From contig OY759598.1 in the NCBI GenBank assembly GCA_963662435.1, forward strand, positions 4,005,923 to 4,069,922: a stretch of DNA of 64,000 nt, read 5' to 3'. This document shows, in pieces, positions 20,116-29,448 of this stretch. The position numbers and the translations under genes were made by a program. How positions within the stretch are numbered: position 1 is the first letter of the stretch; the number at the start of each line of letters is the position of its first letter. Under the pieces are notes generated by a model. The model searched no databases. It saw nothing but the letters and a program-made list of their open reading frames with translations, and had not been told where the DNA came from. The stretch is from Dehalococcoidia bacterium. GTDB lineage: Bacteria > Chloroflexota > Dehalococcoidia > Lucifugimonadales > VXLM01.

Positions 20116-21750
20116 TCATTTCGGCATGACGGTGACGTCGATTTCGTCGATGAGGATGTCGTCGGACGCTCCCTCCTCTTGCTGTGTCAGCGTAACGCCC
20201 AGGGTGTTGTCTCCGTCGATCATGTGCTCAGGGTCGAGGTCGAAGATGACGGACGTGTAGGCGGGGAGCGGGCGGCCGATGTTTGTTGAGCGACCGCTCT
20301 CATGCCACATCCGGCGGACGCTTTCATCGGGGACGGCGACGCCGTTCAATTCTAGCGCCAGGTTGTCGCCGGGCCTGAGGTGCTGAGCGCGAAGAGCCGC
20401 GTAGGCGTATCCGATATCGTCCCACTGCTCGCAGAGGCGCAGGCGGTAATCCTGCCGAACGCCAGGGGTGTCGCGGCCCAGGACGATCTTGTCGTCCTTG
20501 ATGACGCCGGTGGAGGCCATGCCAGGCGCACCATGGTAGTCCGTTCCACCCATCATCGAGCGGAAGAGGTAGGTGCGGTGGTTTTCCCTTATGGCGTCGG
20601 GGTCCGTTAGCTCTTTGAGTAGGGCGAGTGAGCCGGGGAAGTCGCTTATGAGGTTTCCCGTGTACTGCTCCTGGTAGTTGAAACTCGAAACGCCGTCGGC
20701 ACCGGCGCCGTACATGTTGTTGGCGAGGGCACGATAGTTTTCGGAGGTCATTGGGCGGAGGTAGACCCTCGACTGGAAGGCCATGTGAGCGGTGGTGCCG
20801 CTCTTGCCGGTGTTGGGCTGGAGCGCCCAGGGGACGGTGTCGCTGCGTGCGTCGGAGGCTGAGCAGAACGGCATGACTCCGGGGAGCAACACGCAGCTTG
20901 TTCCCTGCATGAGACTCGAAAACTCCTCCCAATGCGCGTTGTGGTTCGCGTACATGCCGTTGGCCGGACTCACGTAGTCGAGAATTTCGGTGGTGATCCA
21001 CGTGGGGATGTCGAGGCCGCAGTCGTGGCACTCTTCGATGGTCTCGGGAACGCGGACGCCCAGAAGGATCTTCTTACCCTTCTTCCTTCCCTCGTCGTCC
21101 AGCATGTCGCGGATACGCCGGAAGAGCTCGGTCATCAGGTGTTGGCGCTCACGGGAGATCGAGCGCGGAAAGGGGAAGTGGTTGTCGCTGCGGAATGTTA
21201 TCTCGATGCCGTCCACATCGAAGCGGCGGGCGATCTCCTCGATGGCCCCGTAGTGGAAGTCGCGCACCTCTTTGAAGGAAAAGTCCATCGTATTGCCCGG
21301 GTTTGCGAGCGGACCTGGAGGGACGTCTTTGAGGATGAACTCCGGGTGGTCGAACATCCACTGGGCGCCCTGGGTGGGAGCGCCGTGGTCGTCGCCGAAG
21401 CGCGCGCCGGCGATGAACTTCATGCCTCGCTCGTGGGCGCGCTTGCAGATTATCTCAACGGGGTTGATGCCCCGGTCGAGCAAGGGGATCCAGCGACGAT
21501 GCTGTGGGCGCTGATCGAACTCATAGGTGTCGGAGCGGAAGTAGGTGACCCAACCCTGTCCAAAGACCTCCTGGCCCAGTGCGTCCGCCCCACTCAGGGC
21601 GAAGTGGTCGACAAGCCTCACGATCTCTTCCGGCGTGGCCGGATCGCTGATGTACGGCTCCCTCGCGTGACTGGAAAGGTCGGCCACGAAGAGCAGGCGG
21701 ATATCGCCCCTGGGTCTAATGGGTCTGGATCCCGGTGGTGTTGCTGTCAC
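20116..21750 (-). CDS. Glycoside-hydrolase-like TIM-barrel protein (GHL10/YddW-like)
   Basis: MDFSFKEVR, RFDVDGIEITF, LGVRVP, GLDIPTWI, GADGVSSFNY; paralog at 25473; GTG start with RBS GAGGAG. Confidence 0.65.
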   Translation of the reverse strand: MTATPPGSRPIRPRGDIRLLFVADLSSHAREPYISDPATPEEIVRLVDHFALSGADALGQEVFGQGWVTYFRSDTYEFDQRPQHRRWIPLLDRGINPVEIICKRAHERGMKFIAGARFGDDHGAPTQGAQWMFDHPEFILKDVPPGPLANPGNTMDFSFKEVRDFHYGAIEEIARRFDVDGIEITFRSDNHFPFPRSISRERQHLMTELFRRIRDMLDDEGRKKGKKILLGVRVPETIEECHDCGLDIPTWITTEILDYVSPANGMYANHNAHWEEFSSLMQGTSCVLLPGVMPFCSASDARSDTVPWALQPNTGKSGTTAHMAFQSRVYLRPMTSENYRALANNMYGAGADGVSSFNYQEQYTGNLISDFPGSLALLKELTDPDAIRENHRTYLFRSMMGGTDYHGAPGMASTGVIKDDKIVLGRDTPGVRQDYRLRLCEQWDDIGYAYAALRAQHLRPGDNLALELNGVAVPDESVRRMWHESGRSTNIGRPLPAYTSVIFDLDPEHMIDGDNTLGVTLTQQEEGASDDILIDEIDVTVMPK

Positions 21751-21790
21751 TTGACGACGCTCCTCGCGTTTCGGTTGGCGGGTAGGCATT

Positions 21791-21828
21791 CACCCTCACC
21801 CTAGCCCTCTCCCACGACGGGAGAGGGG
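21791..21828 (+). repeat. REP-like family B (CACCCTCACCCTAGCCCTCTCCCACGACGGGAGAGGGG)
   Basis: Near-identical copies at 27291, 38733 and 40836. Confidence 0.8.
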
Positions 21829-21861
21829 ATATGTTGGAAAGCACTTGCGATAAATCTCTCT

Positions 21862-22707
21862 TTAGCTGTCACTGTCCTCTATGCCGAGGGCTGCGCGGTC
21901 CAGGTGGGCAGAGTAGACCTGGTGCCAGCCCCCCTCGTCGTCGATCTCGAACTCGTCGGCGCTGTCCAGCGGTTCCCATCCGAGGACATCTTTGGTGTGC
22001 TCGATGTCGATCCAGCGGTACTTGTTATTGGATGTCGCGCGGAAGATGTCGAATTTCAGGGACGGCGGGGCCTGCAGGCACTTGTCGACCACTGCGACGC
22101 AGTCGCGGTGGCTGAGATATGACATTACCTGTCGGCGCTGGGTGGGCCTGTTGGCAGGCGAGACGGCTCCCAGCCGGATGCAGGGAATGGACATGTCGAA
22201 GACGTCGGAGTAGTAACGGGCGAGGGCTTCGCCGAAGACCTTGCAGGCGCCGTAGACACTCTTCGGACGGACGGGGTCGAGATGCGTGATCATGGGCCAA
22301 TGGTCAGGGATATCGTCGTACTTGCCCGCCCCGATGTGGCCGTACGGGAGGCTCTTGTCGTACTCGTAGCCCGTCTGCGTGTCGCCGGTGCTGCCGTAGA
22401 CTACTCTTCGGATACTGTGAATTCGGGCGGCTTCGAAGACGTTGCGCGTGCCTATGATGCCGGCGGAGAGGTGCTTCTCCCAGTCGAAGACATCATCGAT
22501 GTAGTTGGCCATGTGGACGACCATCTCCACGTCCTCGAAGGCCGGCAGGATGGCGTCGAGGTCGGAGATGTCGGCCTGTGTGCAGGGGATGCCATCGACC
22601 GGACGGCGGTTGAGGGCGCTGAATTCGTACTTGTCGGCGAGGTGCTCGACGACGAGGCCGCCGATGAGGCCGCTAGCGCCGGTGACAAGGACTTTTTGTG
22701 TAGTCAT
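21862..22707 (-). CDS. NAD-dependent epimerase/dehydratase (uronate dehydrogenase-like extended SDR)
   Basis: VTGASGLIG, YGACK (YxxxK), LGWEPLDS. Confidence 0.85.
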   Translation of the reverse strand: MTTQKVLVTGASGLIGGLVVEHLADKYEFSALNRRPVDGIPCTQADISDLDAILPAFEDVEMVVHMANYIDDVFDWEKHLSAGIIGTRNVFEAARIHSIRRVVYGSTGDTQTGYEYDKSLPYGHIGAGKYDDIPDHWPMITHLDPVRPKSVYGACKVFGEALARYYSDVFDMSIPCIRLGAVSPANRPTQRRQVMSYLSHRDCVAVVDKCLQAPPSLKFDIFRATSNNKYRWIDIEHTKDVLGWEPLDSADEFEIDDEGGWHQVYSAHLDRAALGIEDSDS

Positions 22708-22770
22708 GTGTTGCTCCTGGGAGGGGGTGATTTACGGCAGAGGCGAAACGTTTGCGCCGGGCCAGCTTTT

Positions 22771-22797
22771 CTGGATTCCGGCCTCCGCCGGAATGAC
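22771..22797 (+). repeat. REP-like family D (CTGGATTCCGGCCTYCGCCGGAATGAC)
   Basis: Copies at 23375, 25185, 43563 and 56958. Confidence 0.8.
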
Positions 22798-22849
22798 GAG
22801 TGTGGGGAAGGTACCTCGTGGGGTTGTATTGGAGTGACACTGGCATTGG

Positions 22850-23833
22850 CTATTCGAGGACGATGTCGCCGCTATGTCCGCCGGACTTGCGTCGGAGGCG
22901 AATATCGCCGATGCGCATTCCGCGATCGACGGCCTTGCACATGTCGTAGATGGTCAGGGCGGCGACGCTGACGGATGCCATCGCCTCCATTTCGACGCCG
23001 GTTTTGGCGGTCGTTCGTGCGGTGCCGCGAATGTCGACGGCGGAGCGATCATGGTCGAGGCGGAACTCGACAGTTACCTGGTCGAGGGGCAGCGGGTGAC
23101 AGAGCGGAATGAGCTGGGCGGTGTTCTTGGCGGCCATGATCCCGGCGATCCGCGCCACACCCAGAACATCGCCCTTTTCGATGTCATTGGTCTCTATGAG
23201 CTTCAGGGTATCGGGCTGCATGAGGACGGAACCCGTGACCACTGCCATGCGCTCCGTTGAGTCCTTTGGGCCTACGTCGACCATCTGGGCGTTGCCTGAT
23301 TCGTCGACGTGGGAGAGTTTCTTTTCGGGGGAAGGATTAAGTCCCCTCGATGGGCTTTGGTGGATTACCGGGGACTGGATTCCGGCCTTCGCCGGAATGA
23401 CGGTTGGTGGGTGGTCAGATTGAGAAGGGTTTGGTTGACTGTTCACGGGCTCACCTCGTGCCTCGGCGTTTGCGATGCGGTCGGCCTTTTCGTTCATAGG
23501 GTGTCCGGCGTGGCCCTTGACCCAACGCCACTGGACGTTTCGGTGGTCGACCGCGGAGTCGAGCCTGGCCCACAGTTCCCGGTTCTTGTTGCGCTTCCAG
23601 TTCTTGGTCATCGTGTTGATGAGGTAGGAACTGTCGCTGTGGACGCGCACGTCGGCGCCGGTGGGCGTGGCCTCAATGCCCTGGATGGCGGCGAGGACTT
23701 CCATCTTGTTGTTCGTCGTGTTCTCGTCACGGCCGTGCAACTTCCGGGTCGTGCCATTTTCTATGATGATCGCGGCCCAGCCGCCGGGGCCGGGGTTCCC
23801 GATGCAGCTTCCATCGGTGTAGATGTCGATCAT
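22850..23833 (-). CDS. rnhA-moaC: Ribonuclease HI - MoaC fusion protein
   Basis: N-term YTDGSCIGNPGPGGW..TTNNKME..SDSSY..WVKGHAGHPMNEKAD; C-term LSHVD..MVDV..KGDVL..LIPLCHP..TGVEMEA..YDMCKAVD..KSGG. Confidence 0.9.
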   Translation of the reverse strand: MIDIYTDGSCIGNPGPGGWAAIIIENGTTRKLHGRDENTTNNKMEVLAAIQGIEATPTGADVRVHSDSSYLINTMTKNWKRNKNRELWARLDSAVDHRNVQWRWVKGHAGHPMNEKADRIANAEARGEPVNSQPNPSQSDHPPTVIPAKAGIQSPVIHQSPSRGLNPSPEKKLSHVDESGNAQMVDVGPKDSTERMAVVTGSVLMQPDTLKLIETNDIEKGDVLGVARIAGIMAAKNTAQLIPLCHPLPLDQVTVEFRLDHDRSAVDIRGTARTTAKTGVEMEAMASVSVAALTIYDMCKAVDRGMRIGDIRLRRKSGGHSGDIVLE

Positions 23834-23926
23834 AGTCTATTCACTCTTGTGCTAAGCCATCTTCGGGCTTGGCCGACCCAAGGAGGCGAGATGGCGTTCT
23901 CTATCATATAGGGTTTTGGGGCGGCT

Positions 23927-24280
23927 TCAACCTTCAAGGCGAACCAGGGCCGAGTGGTGGTATTCCAGGATGATCTTATCGGCCTGCAACCGGACGTTGG
24001 GATCGGGTGATTCCATCTGGATGGCGAGGTCCTCGAATACCTTCACCAGGTGATCTCCGGTCTGCTCGATGACATGCAGGAGGGCCTGAGCGTGTCGTCG
24101 TTTGTAGGCTTCCCTGAATTCGGGCGTCTTCAGCCATCGGTAGAGGGTAGCGAGACTAACCTCAGCCTCCCTGGCAGCGTCGGCGGTGGTTGGGCAGGTG
24201 ATAAGGCACTCGATTGCACGATACTGCCGGTGGGTCAGTTGGGGTAGCTGTTGGAACGGTTCCGGTTGATCTTGGGTCAC
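23927..24280 (-). CDS. Helix-turn-helix protein (terminase small subunit/phBC6A51-like HTH)
   Basis: LTHRQYRAIECL..AAREAEVSLATLYRWLKTPEF; RBS AAAGGA. Confidence 0.65.
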   Translation of the reverse strand: MTQDQPEPFQQLPQLTHRQYRAIECLITCPTTADAAREAEVSLATLYRWLKTPEFREAYKRRHAQALLHVIEQTGDHLVKVFEDLAIQMESPDPNVRLQADKIILEYHHSALVRLEG

Positions 24281-24293
24281 TTTCTAAGTCCTT

Positions 24294-24953
24294 TCATTGT
24301 GTATGCGGTGTCGATTCTGTTCGGCTGCCTGAGACGGTTTGAGAATGTGAGAGGCTTTGAGAACGCGAGATTTCCTGAGAGTGTGAGACGGTTCGAGAAT
24401 GTGAGAGATTTTGAGAACGCGAGATTTCTTGAGTGCCTGAGACGGTTTGAGAATGTGAGAGGTTTTGAGAACGCGAGATTTCTTGAGTGCCTGAGACGGT
24501 TTGAGAATGTGAGAGGTTTTGAGAACGTGAATTTCTTGAGAGTGTGAGACGGTCTGATAATGTGAGAGGTTTTGAGAACGCGAGATTTCTTGGGTGTGTG
24601 AGACGGTTTGAGAATGTGAGAGGTTTTGAGAACGCGAGATTTCTTGAGTGCCTGAGACGGTTTGAGAATGTGAGAGGTTTTGAGAACGCGAGATTTCTTG
24701 AGAGTGTGAGACGGTTTGAGAATGTGAGAGGTTTTGAGAACGCGAGATTTCTTGAGAGTGTGAGACGGTTTGAGAATGTGAGAGGCTTTGAGAACGCGAG
24801 ATTTCTTGAGTGTGTGAGACGGTTTGAGAATGTGAGAGGTTTTGAGAACGTGGAATTTTCTTGAGAGTGTGAGACGGTTTGAGAATGTGAGAGGTTTTGA
24901 GAATCTTCGCTTGGTCCAGGATTTTGGGTCTCGATTCTCATAGTGTCTCGCAC
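24294..24953 (-). CDS. Possible repeat-encoded ORF (FSKPLTFSNRLTHSRNLA repeats)
   Basis: Open across the array and ends at the HTH RBS, but the repeat unit has essentially no minus-strand stops in any frame. Confidence 0.25.
   Translation of the reverse strand: MRDTMRIETQNPGPSEDSQNLSHSQTVSHSQENSTFSKPLTFSNRLTHSRNLAFSKPLTFSNRLTLSRNLAFSKPLTFSNRLTLSRNLAFSKPLTFSNRLRHSRNLAFSKPLTFSNRLTHPRNLAFSKPLTLSDRLTLSRNSRSQNLSHSQTVSGTQEISRSQNLSHSQTVSGTQEISRSQNLSHSRTVSHSQEISRSQSLSHSQTVSGSRTESTPHTQ
24331..24904. repeat. Tandem array of ~10.6 x 54 bp, each unit three 18-bp subrepeats
   Basis: Unit starts at 24331, 24385, 24439, 24493, 24546, 24600, 24654, 24708, 24762, 24816, 24871; subrepeat GAGAnnnnTTGAGAnnnn. 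Confidence 0.95.
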
Positions 24954-25004
24954 AGATTCGCGGGTTGGGGTGGGCTGATGCGGTACCGTTTCGTCGGCGG
25001 TCGT

Positions 25005-25033
25005 AGTGTAGATTATATGTTCTTATTAGTCAA
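25005..25033 (-). promoter_or_regulatory. Putative sigma70 promoter TTGACT-N17-TACACT facing the array and HTH gene
   Basis: Near-consensus hexamers; GAAC half-site; similar to 7336-7364. Confidence 0.45.
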
Positions 25034-25130
25034 GTCGGGGTTGTGATGCGCCAGTCTGTAGAGGGCGAGGGAGGTGTTAGGTAGGAGGTTGTTTTCGTAG
25101 GAATGACGGGTGGGGATCGCCGTGGGGTCC

Positions 25131-25367
25131 CCCTTCGACAGGCTCAGGGTGAACGGGACCTCGCCGGTCGGGCGTAAGGGGGAGTGGATTCCTGCTTTCG
25201 CGGGAATCACCATGGCCCTGCGAAGGCCACATAAGGGGATGAAGAGGGTTGCTGCCGGAAACGGGCAACCACATGGGTTGCCCCTACAACAGGTTTGCCG
25301 GAGCCTATCTTCATAGCAGAGACGGTTGGGGGGTTGGCGGTAAGGGCGATTCGCGAATCGCCCCTAC
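25131..25367. repeat. Cluster of REP-like elements (A, D and two GTAG-type hairpins)
   Basis: 25131 (A), 25185 (D), GGGCAACCACATGGGTTGCCCCTAC and GGGCGATTCGCGAATCGCCCCTAC (the latter also at 42316). Confidence 0.75.
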
Positions 25368-25472
25368 GGGAGATCGGTCGGGGGGAGATGGTGGTTTGCG
25401 GGAGTGGCGGCGTGAGAGGGTAGCGGCGTGTATTATGTTGCGCAGAACTCGACAGGGAAGAGGGAGAACTCA

Positions 25473-27032
25473 ATGAGTCGTAAGAACCGGATGATTATCA
25501 GCAATGACGACGGATGGATCATGGGCAATATGACCACGGACGTGACGCCGGAGACGATCAAGGAGATGATGGTCGAGACGTATCCGGGCTCGCCGATTGG
25601 TGGCGTGTCGTGGTGCGTGGGCAACAGTGAGACGTACGAGTACGAGACTGAGGTGGGTGAGAGGACGGGGGACGGCTATGAGCACTTCGAGGACGAGCGG
25701 ACCTACTGGCTGCACAAGAACCTCTACGCCCTGATCGAGAGTTCCGGGGGGCCGCTGACGGAGATCACCCGGCAGTTCCACGAGGCGGGTATTGACGTGC
25801 TGCCGTCGATGCGGATGAATAGCCACTATGACGTTGCTTATGACGCACCGGGGCACGGGAAGTTCCGGCGGGAGCATCGTGAGTGGCTCATCGGCCAACC
25901 GAACGAGTACATTCCACGTCCGACGCTGGAATTCGCCATCGCGCGTGGGGTGGACTACAAGTTCCCCGGAGTGCGAGAGCATCTGCTGGGGGTAATCTTC
26001 GAGCTGTTCGAGAAGTTCGACGTTGCGGGAGTGGAACTCGACTACTTCCGGCACCCGGCATTCTTCCGGATCGAGGAGGCATTCTCCAACCGGTACCTGA
26101 TGACGGACTTCATCCGGCGTATCCGGCAGCGGATGGATCAGGTCGGCGAGGAAAAGGGAAAGCACCTCGACCTGCTGGTCCGCGTGCCGCCGACGCTGTA
26201 CGACTCCAAGCGCATCGGGCTGGACGTGGAGACGTGGATAACGGAGGGGTTGGTGGACATCGTCGCGGCGGGGGGAGGGTTCATGCCGTTCGAGCAGCCG
26301 ATCGGGGAGTTCGTCGAGGTGGCGGAGGGAACGGACTGCCTGATATACGGGAGCCTCGAGGCGCTGCGCTGGGCGTTGGACGAGGAACTGCTCTACGCGC
26401 TGGCCGCGCGATTCTGGGACGCGGGGGTGGACGGGTTCTACCTGTTCAACTACTTCAACGCGCCAAACGAATGGAAGAAGCGCGTTTTGGGGAACATGGT
26501 CGACAGGGAGAAGCTGCCTCGTTTGAACAAGAGGTATGAGCTGGATCACTCCGACCGCTCTGGGAAGGAATTTCACAGCGGCGCATTCCGGTACGCCCTG
26601 CCATGGGCGTCATTGCCGGTGTTCATGGAGGAGACGCAGCCGGGCGGAGGGTCGTCGCTCACGCTGGATATAGCCGATGACGTCGAGGCTGCAAAGTCGG
26701 ACGGCGGGTTGGAGTCTTGCACGCTGGACCTGGGATTCGACAACCTGAACGAGGACGACGAGCTGGACGTTCGGATCAACGGCGAGGCGGTGGCGTGGTC
26801 GTCGATGGAACGATCTGAGGACGGCTGGGGATACACGGCGTTCGACGGGGAGATTTATCACACGACCATGTCGGAACGGCGAGTTGAGGGAACGGTGATC
26901 CGATTCGACATGACGAGTCTGCCGATCAGGAAGGGTGATAATGAGTTGCTCGTTCGACTGATCAAGGGGGCGGGGCCGCACTTCGATGCGGTGAGACTGA
27001 CGGAGGTGAGGCTGCTTATAAGCTACGGGTAG
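25473..27032 (+). CDS. Glycoside-hydrolase-like TIM-barrel protein (GHL10-like)
   Basis: NDDG, PSMRMN, VDYKFPGVR, FDVAGVELDY, LLVRVP, GLDVETWI, GVDGFYLFNY. Confidence 0.65.
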   Translation: MSRKNRMIISNDDGWIMGNMTTDVTPETIKEMMVETYPGSPIGGVSWCVGNSETYEYETEVGERTGDGYEHFEDERTYWLHKNLYALIESSGGPLTEITRQFHEAGIDVLPSMRMNSHYDVAYDAPGHGKFRREHREWLIGQPNEYIPRPTLEFAIARGVDYKFPGVREHLLGVIFELFEKFDVAGVELDYFRHPAFFRIEEAFSNRYLMTDFIRRIRQRMDQVGEEKGKHLDLLVRVPPTLYDSKRIGLDVETWITEGLVDIVAAGGGFMPFEQPIGEFVEVAEGTDCLIYGSLEALRWALDEELLYALAARFWDAGVDGFYLFNYFNAPNEWKKRVLGNMVDREKLPRLNKRYELDHSDRSGKEFHSGAFRYALPWASLPVFMEETQPGGGSSLTLDIADDVEAAKSDGGLESCTLDLGFDNLNEDDELDVRINGEAVAWSSMERSEDGWGYTAFDGEIYHTTMSERRVEGTVIRFDMTSLPIRKGDNELLVRLIKGAGPHFDAVRLTEVRLLISYG

Positions 27033-27033
27033 G

Positions 27034-27328
27034 ATTCACCGCGGAGGGCGCTGAGAGCGCAGAGGGGGAGAGGAGAAAGCACCCCCTCTCTGTATCTCTC
27101 CCCCGACGGGGGAAAGACAGTAGGTTCTCAGTTTCTCTGGCCTTCGACAGGCTCAGGCCGAACGGGGTTGATGGGAACATCAGCGCCAACTGAGGCTAAG
27201 TGGGGATTAACCACAGAAGGCGCGGAGAGCGCAGAGGTGGGAGGAGAGGGATTCTCAGACTGCTAACCCTAACCGCGTGCATGGGGCCATCACCCTCACC
27301 CCAGCCCTCTCCCACGACGGGAGAGGGG
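27034..27328 (+). repeat. Cluster of REP-like elements (F, C, A, F, B) between convergent genes
   Basis: Matches to the other copies in the window. Confidence 0.7.
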
Positions 27329-27336
27329 TTTGTTGG

Positions 27337-27762
27337 TCAGCGCCAGCCGAAGCTGTCGAACCAGATGCCGTCACGGTAGTTCTGGATGGCGCGGCGGACG
27401 TAGGGGATTGTGTTTGGGGGCAGGTCGTTGATGTCGAACCAGCTCAAATCGTCGCATTTGTGGGGTTCCCTGTTGACGACCTCGCCTGAGTAGCTGGATG
27501 TGTGGAGGAAGAAGGAAATGTATTCTTCTTCCTCTCTGAAGTGCATCACGCCTACGACTGTCAAGTCGTCTGGGGATATGGAGATACCAGCCTCTTCTTG
27601 CGCTTCGCGAATCATGGCGGTCTTGAGTTGTTCGCTGCCGTCGATGTGACCGGCGACCACACTGTAATTCCCATCCTCGTATCCGGTGTTGTACCGGCGG
27701 AGCATGAGGATTTTGCCGTCCTGCACGAGCAGGAGATGGACGGCTACAGGCGCTAGGAACAT
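27337..27762 (-). CDS. NUDIX hydrolase
   Basis: AGHIDGSEQLKTAMIREAQEEAGI Nudix box; ATG overlaps upstream TGA. Confidence 0.88.
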   Translation of the reverse strand: MFLAPVAVHLLLVQDGKILMLRRYNTGYEDGNYSVVAGHIDGSEQLKTAMIREAQEEAGISISPDDLTVVGVMHFREEEEYISFFLHTSSYSGEVVNREPHKCDDLSWFDINDLPPNTIPYVRRAIQNYRDGIWFDSFGWR

Positions 27763-28622
27763 CACAATGCCCGAGGCATGCGAGTGCCCTCGACCTTCAT
27801 CCGCATGCGGTAGACGGAGGTGCGGGCGGTTACGTAGAGGGTCATGTTGTCGGCGTCGCCCCATGCGAGGTTGGCGGGTAGCTCGGGGAGACGGATCTTG
27901 CCGATGTAGTGGCCATCGGGGCCGTGTACGAACACGCCTCCGGGGCCGGTGCAGTAGGTGCGACCCTCGACGTCGACCTTGATGCCGTCGGGTACGCCGG
28001 GCTCGCCGTCTTGGGGAAGCTCGGCGAAGACGCGGCGGTTGGAGAGCGTGCCGTCCGGTGCTACGTCGTAGGCGCTGATGTGCTTGTGGTGACGGGTGTT
28101 GGTGACGTAGAGGGTGCGTTCGTCCGGGGAGAAGGCGATGCCGTTGGGGTACTCGAACGGGGAGGCCTCGAAGACCCTGCCGCCGGGTGTCACGCCGTAC
28201 ACGAAATTCTCGTATAAGGGCGCGCCTGGCGTATGGTTCGGCCATGCTCCGGGGTCGGTGAAATACATGGTGCCGTCGGAGCGGAAGACGACATCGTTGG
28301 GCTTGTTGAGCGGGCGTCCTTCGCACGAAGCGGCGATGGGGACGATAGCGCCGTCGGGGTCCATTCTCGTGACGCTGCGGTGCTCGCCGTCGCACATTAC
28401 GAGCCGACCGTCGAGGTCGAGAGTCATTCCGTTGGAGCCGGCGGGACTGTCACGGAGGACGGTCAGGTCGCCGGTGTCCACGTCGAGGCGGTAGACGTAA
28501 GGGAGGGTGGTGAAGAGGAAGTAGCCGTCAGGATGCCAGACGGGGCCTTCGGTGAAGGCGTGACCCGTTGTCAGGGGCGTTGTATCGAGGTGTTCAAGGA
28601 GATCAACGAGTGTGTCGGGCAT
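27762..28622 (-). CDS. SMP-30/gluconolactonase family protein
   Basis: FTEGPVW, SNGMT, LNKPND, PNGIAFSPD, PDGIKVD. Confidence 0.9.
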   Translation of the reverse strand: MPDTLVDLLEHLDTTPLTTGHAFTEGPVWHPDGYFLFTTLPYVYRLDVDTGDLTVLRDSPAGSNGMTLDLDGRLVMCDGEHRSVTRMDPDGAIVPIAASCEGRPLNKPNDVVFRSDGTMYFTDPGAWPNHTPGAPLYENFVYGVTPGGRVFEASPFEYPNGIAFSPDERTLYVTNTRHHKHISAYDVAPDGTLSNRRVFAELPQDGEPGVPDGIKVDVEGRTYCTGPGGVFVHGPDGHYIGKIRLPELPANLAWGDADNMTLYVTARTSVYRMRMKVEGTRMPRAL

Positions 28623-28781
28623 GGGGTTTTCCTTCGCTGGTTGTGGGCGAGAGTGTTGCACAATCGGGGTAGTGTTTGCCAGAGGTGGGGGATTCACCAC
28701 AGAGGGCACAGAGATCACACAGGGAGGAGAGTTCGGCCCCACCCAAAGTGGCGGACAGCTAGATGGGGTTGGGCAAGTGGC

Positions 28782-29171
28782 CTATACGTTCACGTCAAAT
28801 CCCAAGTCCACTTCGGAGGCCGGAACGCCGCCTCCGATGCCCCAGTTCTCGGCCGGACTCTCCCGCAGCAGGATCTTGATCTGGTCACCGGGAATGCCGA
28901 ACGGTTCGAGTTTCCTGACGATAGCTTGGTACAGGGCCTTCTTCGCCTCCAGTGACCGGCCGGAGAAGAGGTCGATGTCAACAATGGTGTATCGCTCGCC
29001 CTTCTCAGGAGTCTGCGGGAAGCGGTGTGGCTCATGGACGACCAGCCGGACTGTCTTGTCCCACTCGGGAATCTTGAGCGCGTGCATCATGGCGGCGTGA
29101 ACGGCATCGATGATCCCGGACTCTTCCGTCGGGGAATATTGGCGACGTACTTCGATGGTTGCGTTTGGCAT
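28782..29171 (-). CDS. Tautomerase family protein
   Basis: N-terminal Pro after Met; GRSLEAKKALY, ENWGIGGG. Confidence 0.85.
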   Translation of the reverse strand: MPNATIEVRRQYSPTEESGIIDAVHAAMMHALKIPEWDKTVRLVVHEPHRFPQTPEKGERYTIVDIDLFSGRSLEAKKALYQAIVRKLEPFGIPGDQIKILLRESPAENWGIGGGVPASEVDLGFDVNV

Positions 29172-29448
29172 GGCTGCACCTGGGAGATTGTTACGAGACC
29201 TGCGGGCGGTTTGAGGATGACTCAAGAACCGCCGAATACGATTGTACTTGGGGGCGGCTTGGCAGGCCAATTATCTCCGCCATTGCCAGGGGGTTCGGCT
29301 TGCCAGGGTCAGGAGGATTCACTGCGGAGGGCGCGGAGGGAAGGGGGAAGAGGGAAGTTCGTTTTGTTTCGCTGCGTTCGGAATGAAAGGTTAGTGGCGT
29401 AATTGTTGGTGCGGCTCTACAATCTTTACTCTGTTTGATGGAGGAGCG

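Noticed and set aside
24331..24904. 54-bp array as a CRISPR array
   Set aside because: No unique spacers; contiguous tandem units with no palindromic repeat
27763..28395. Long N-terminal extension of the NUDIX ORF in the ORF track
   Set aside because: Alternative frame overlapping the SMP-30 gene; real start is ATG 27762 coupled to the upstream stop
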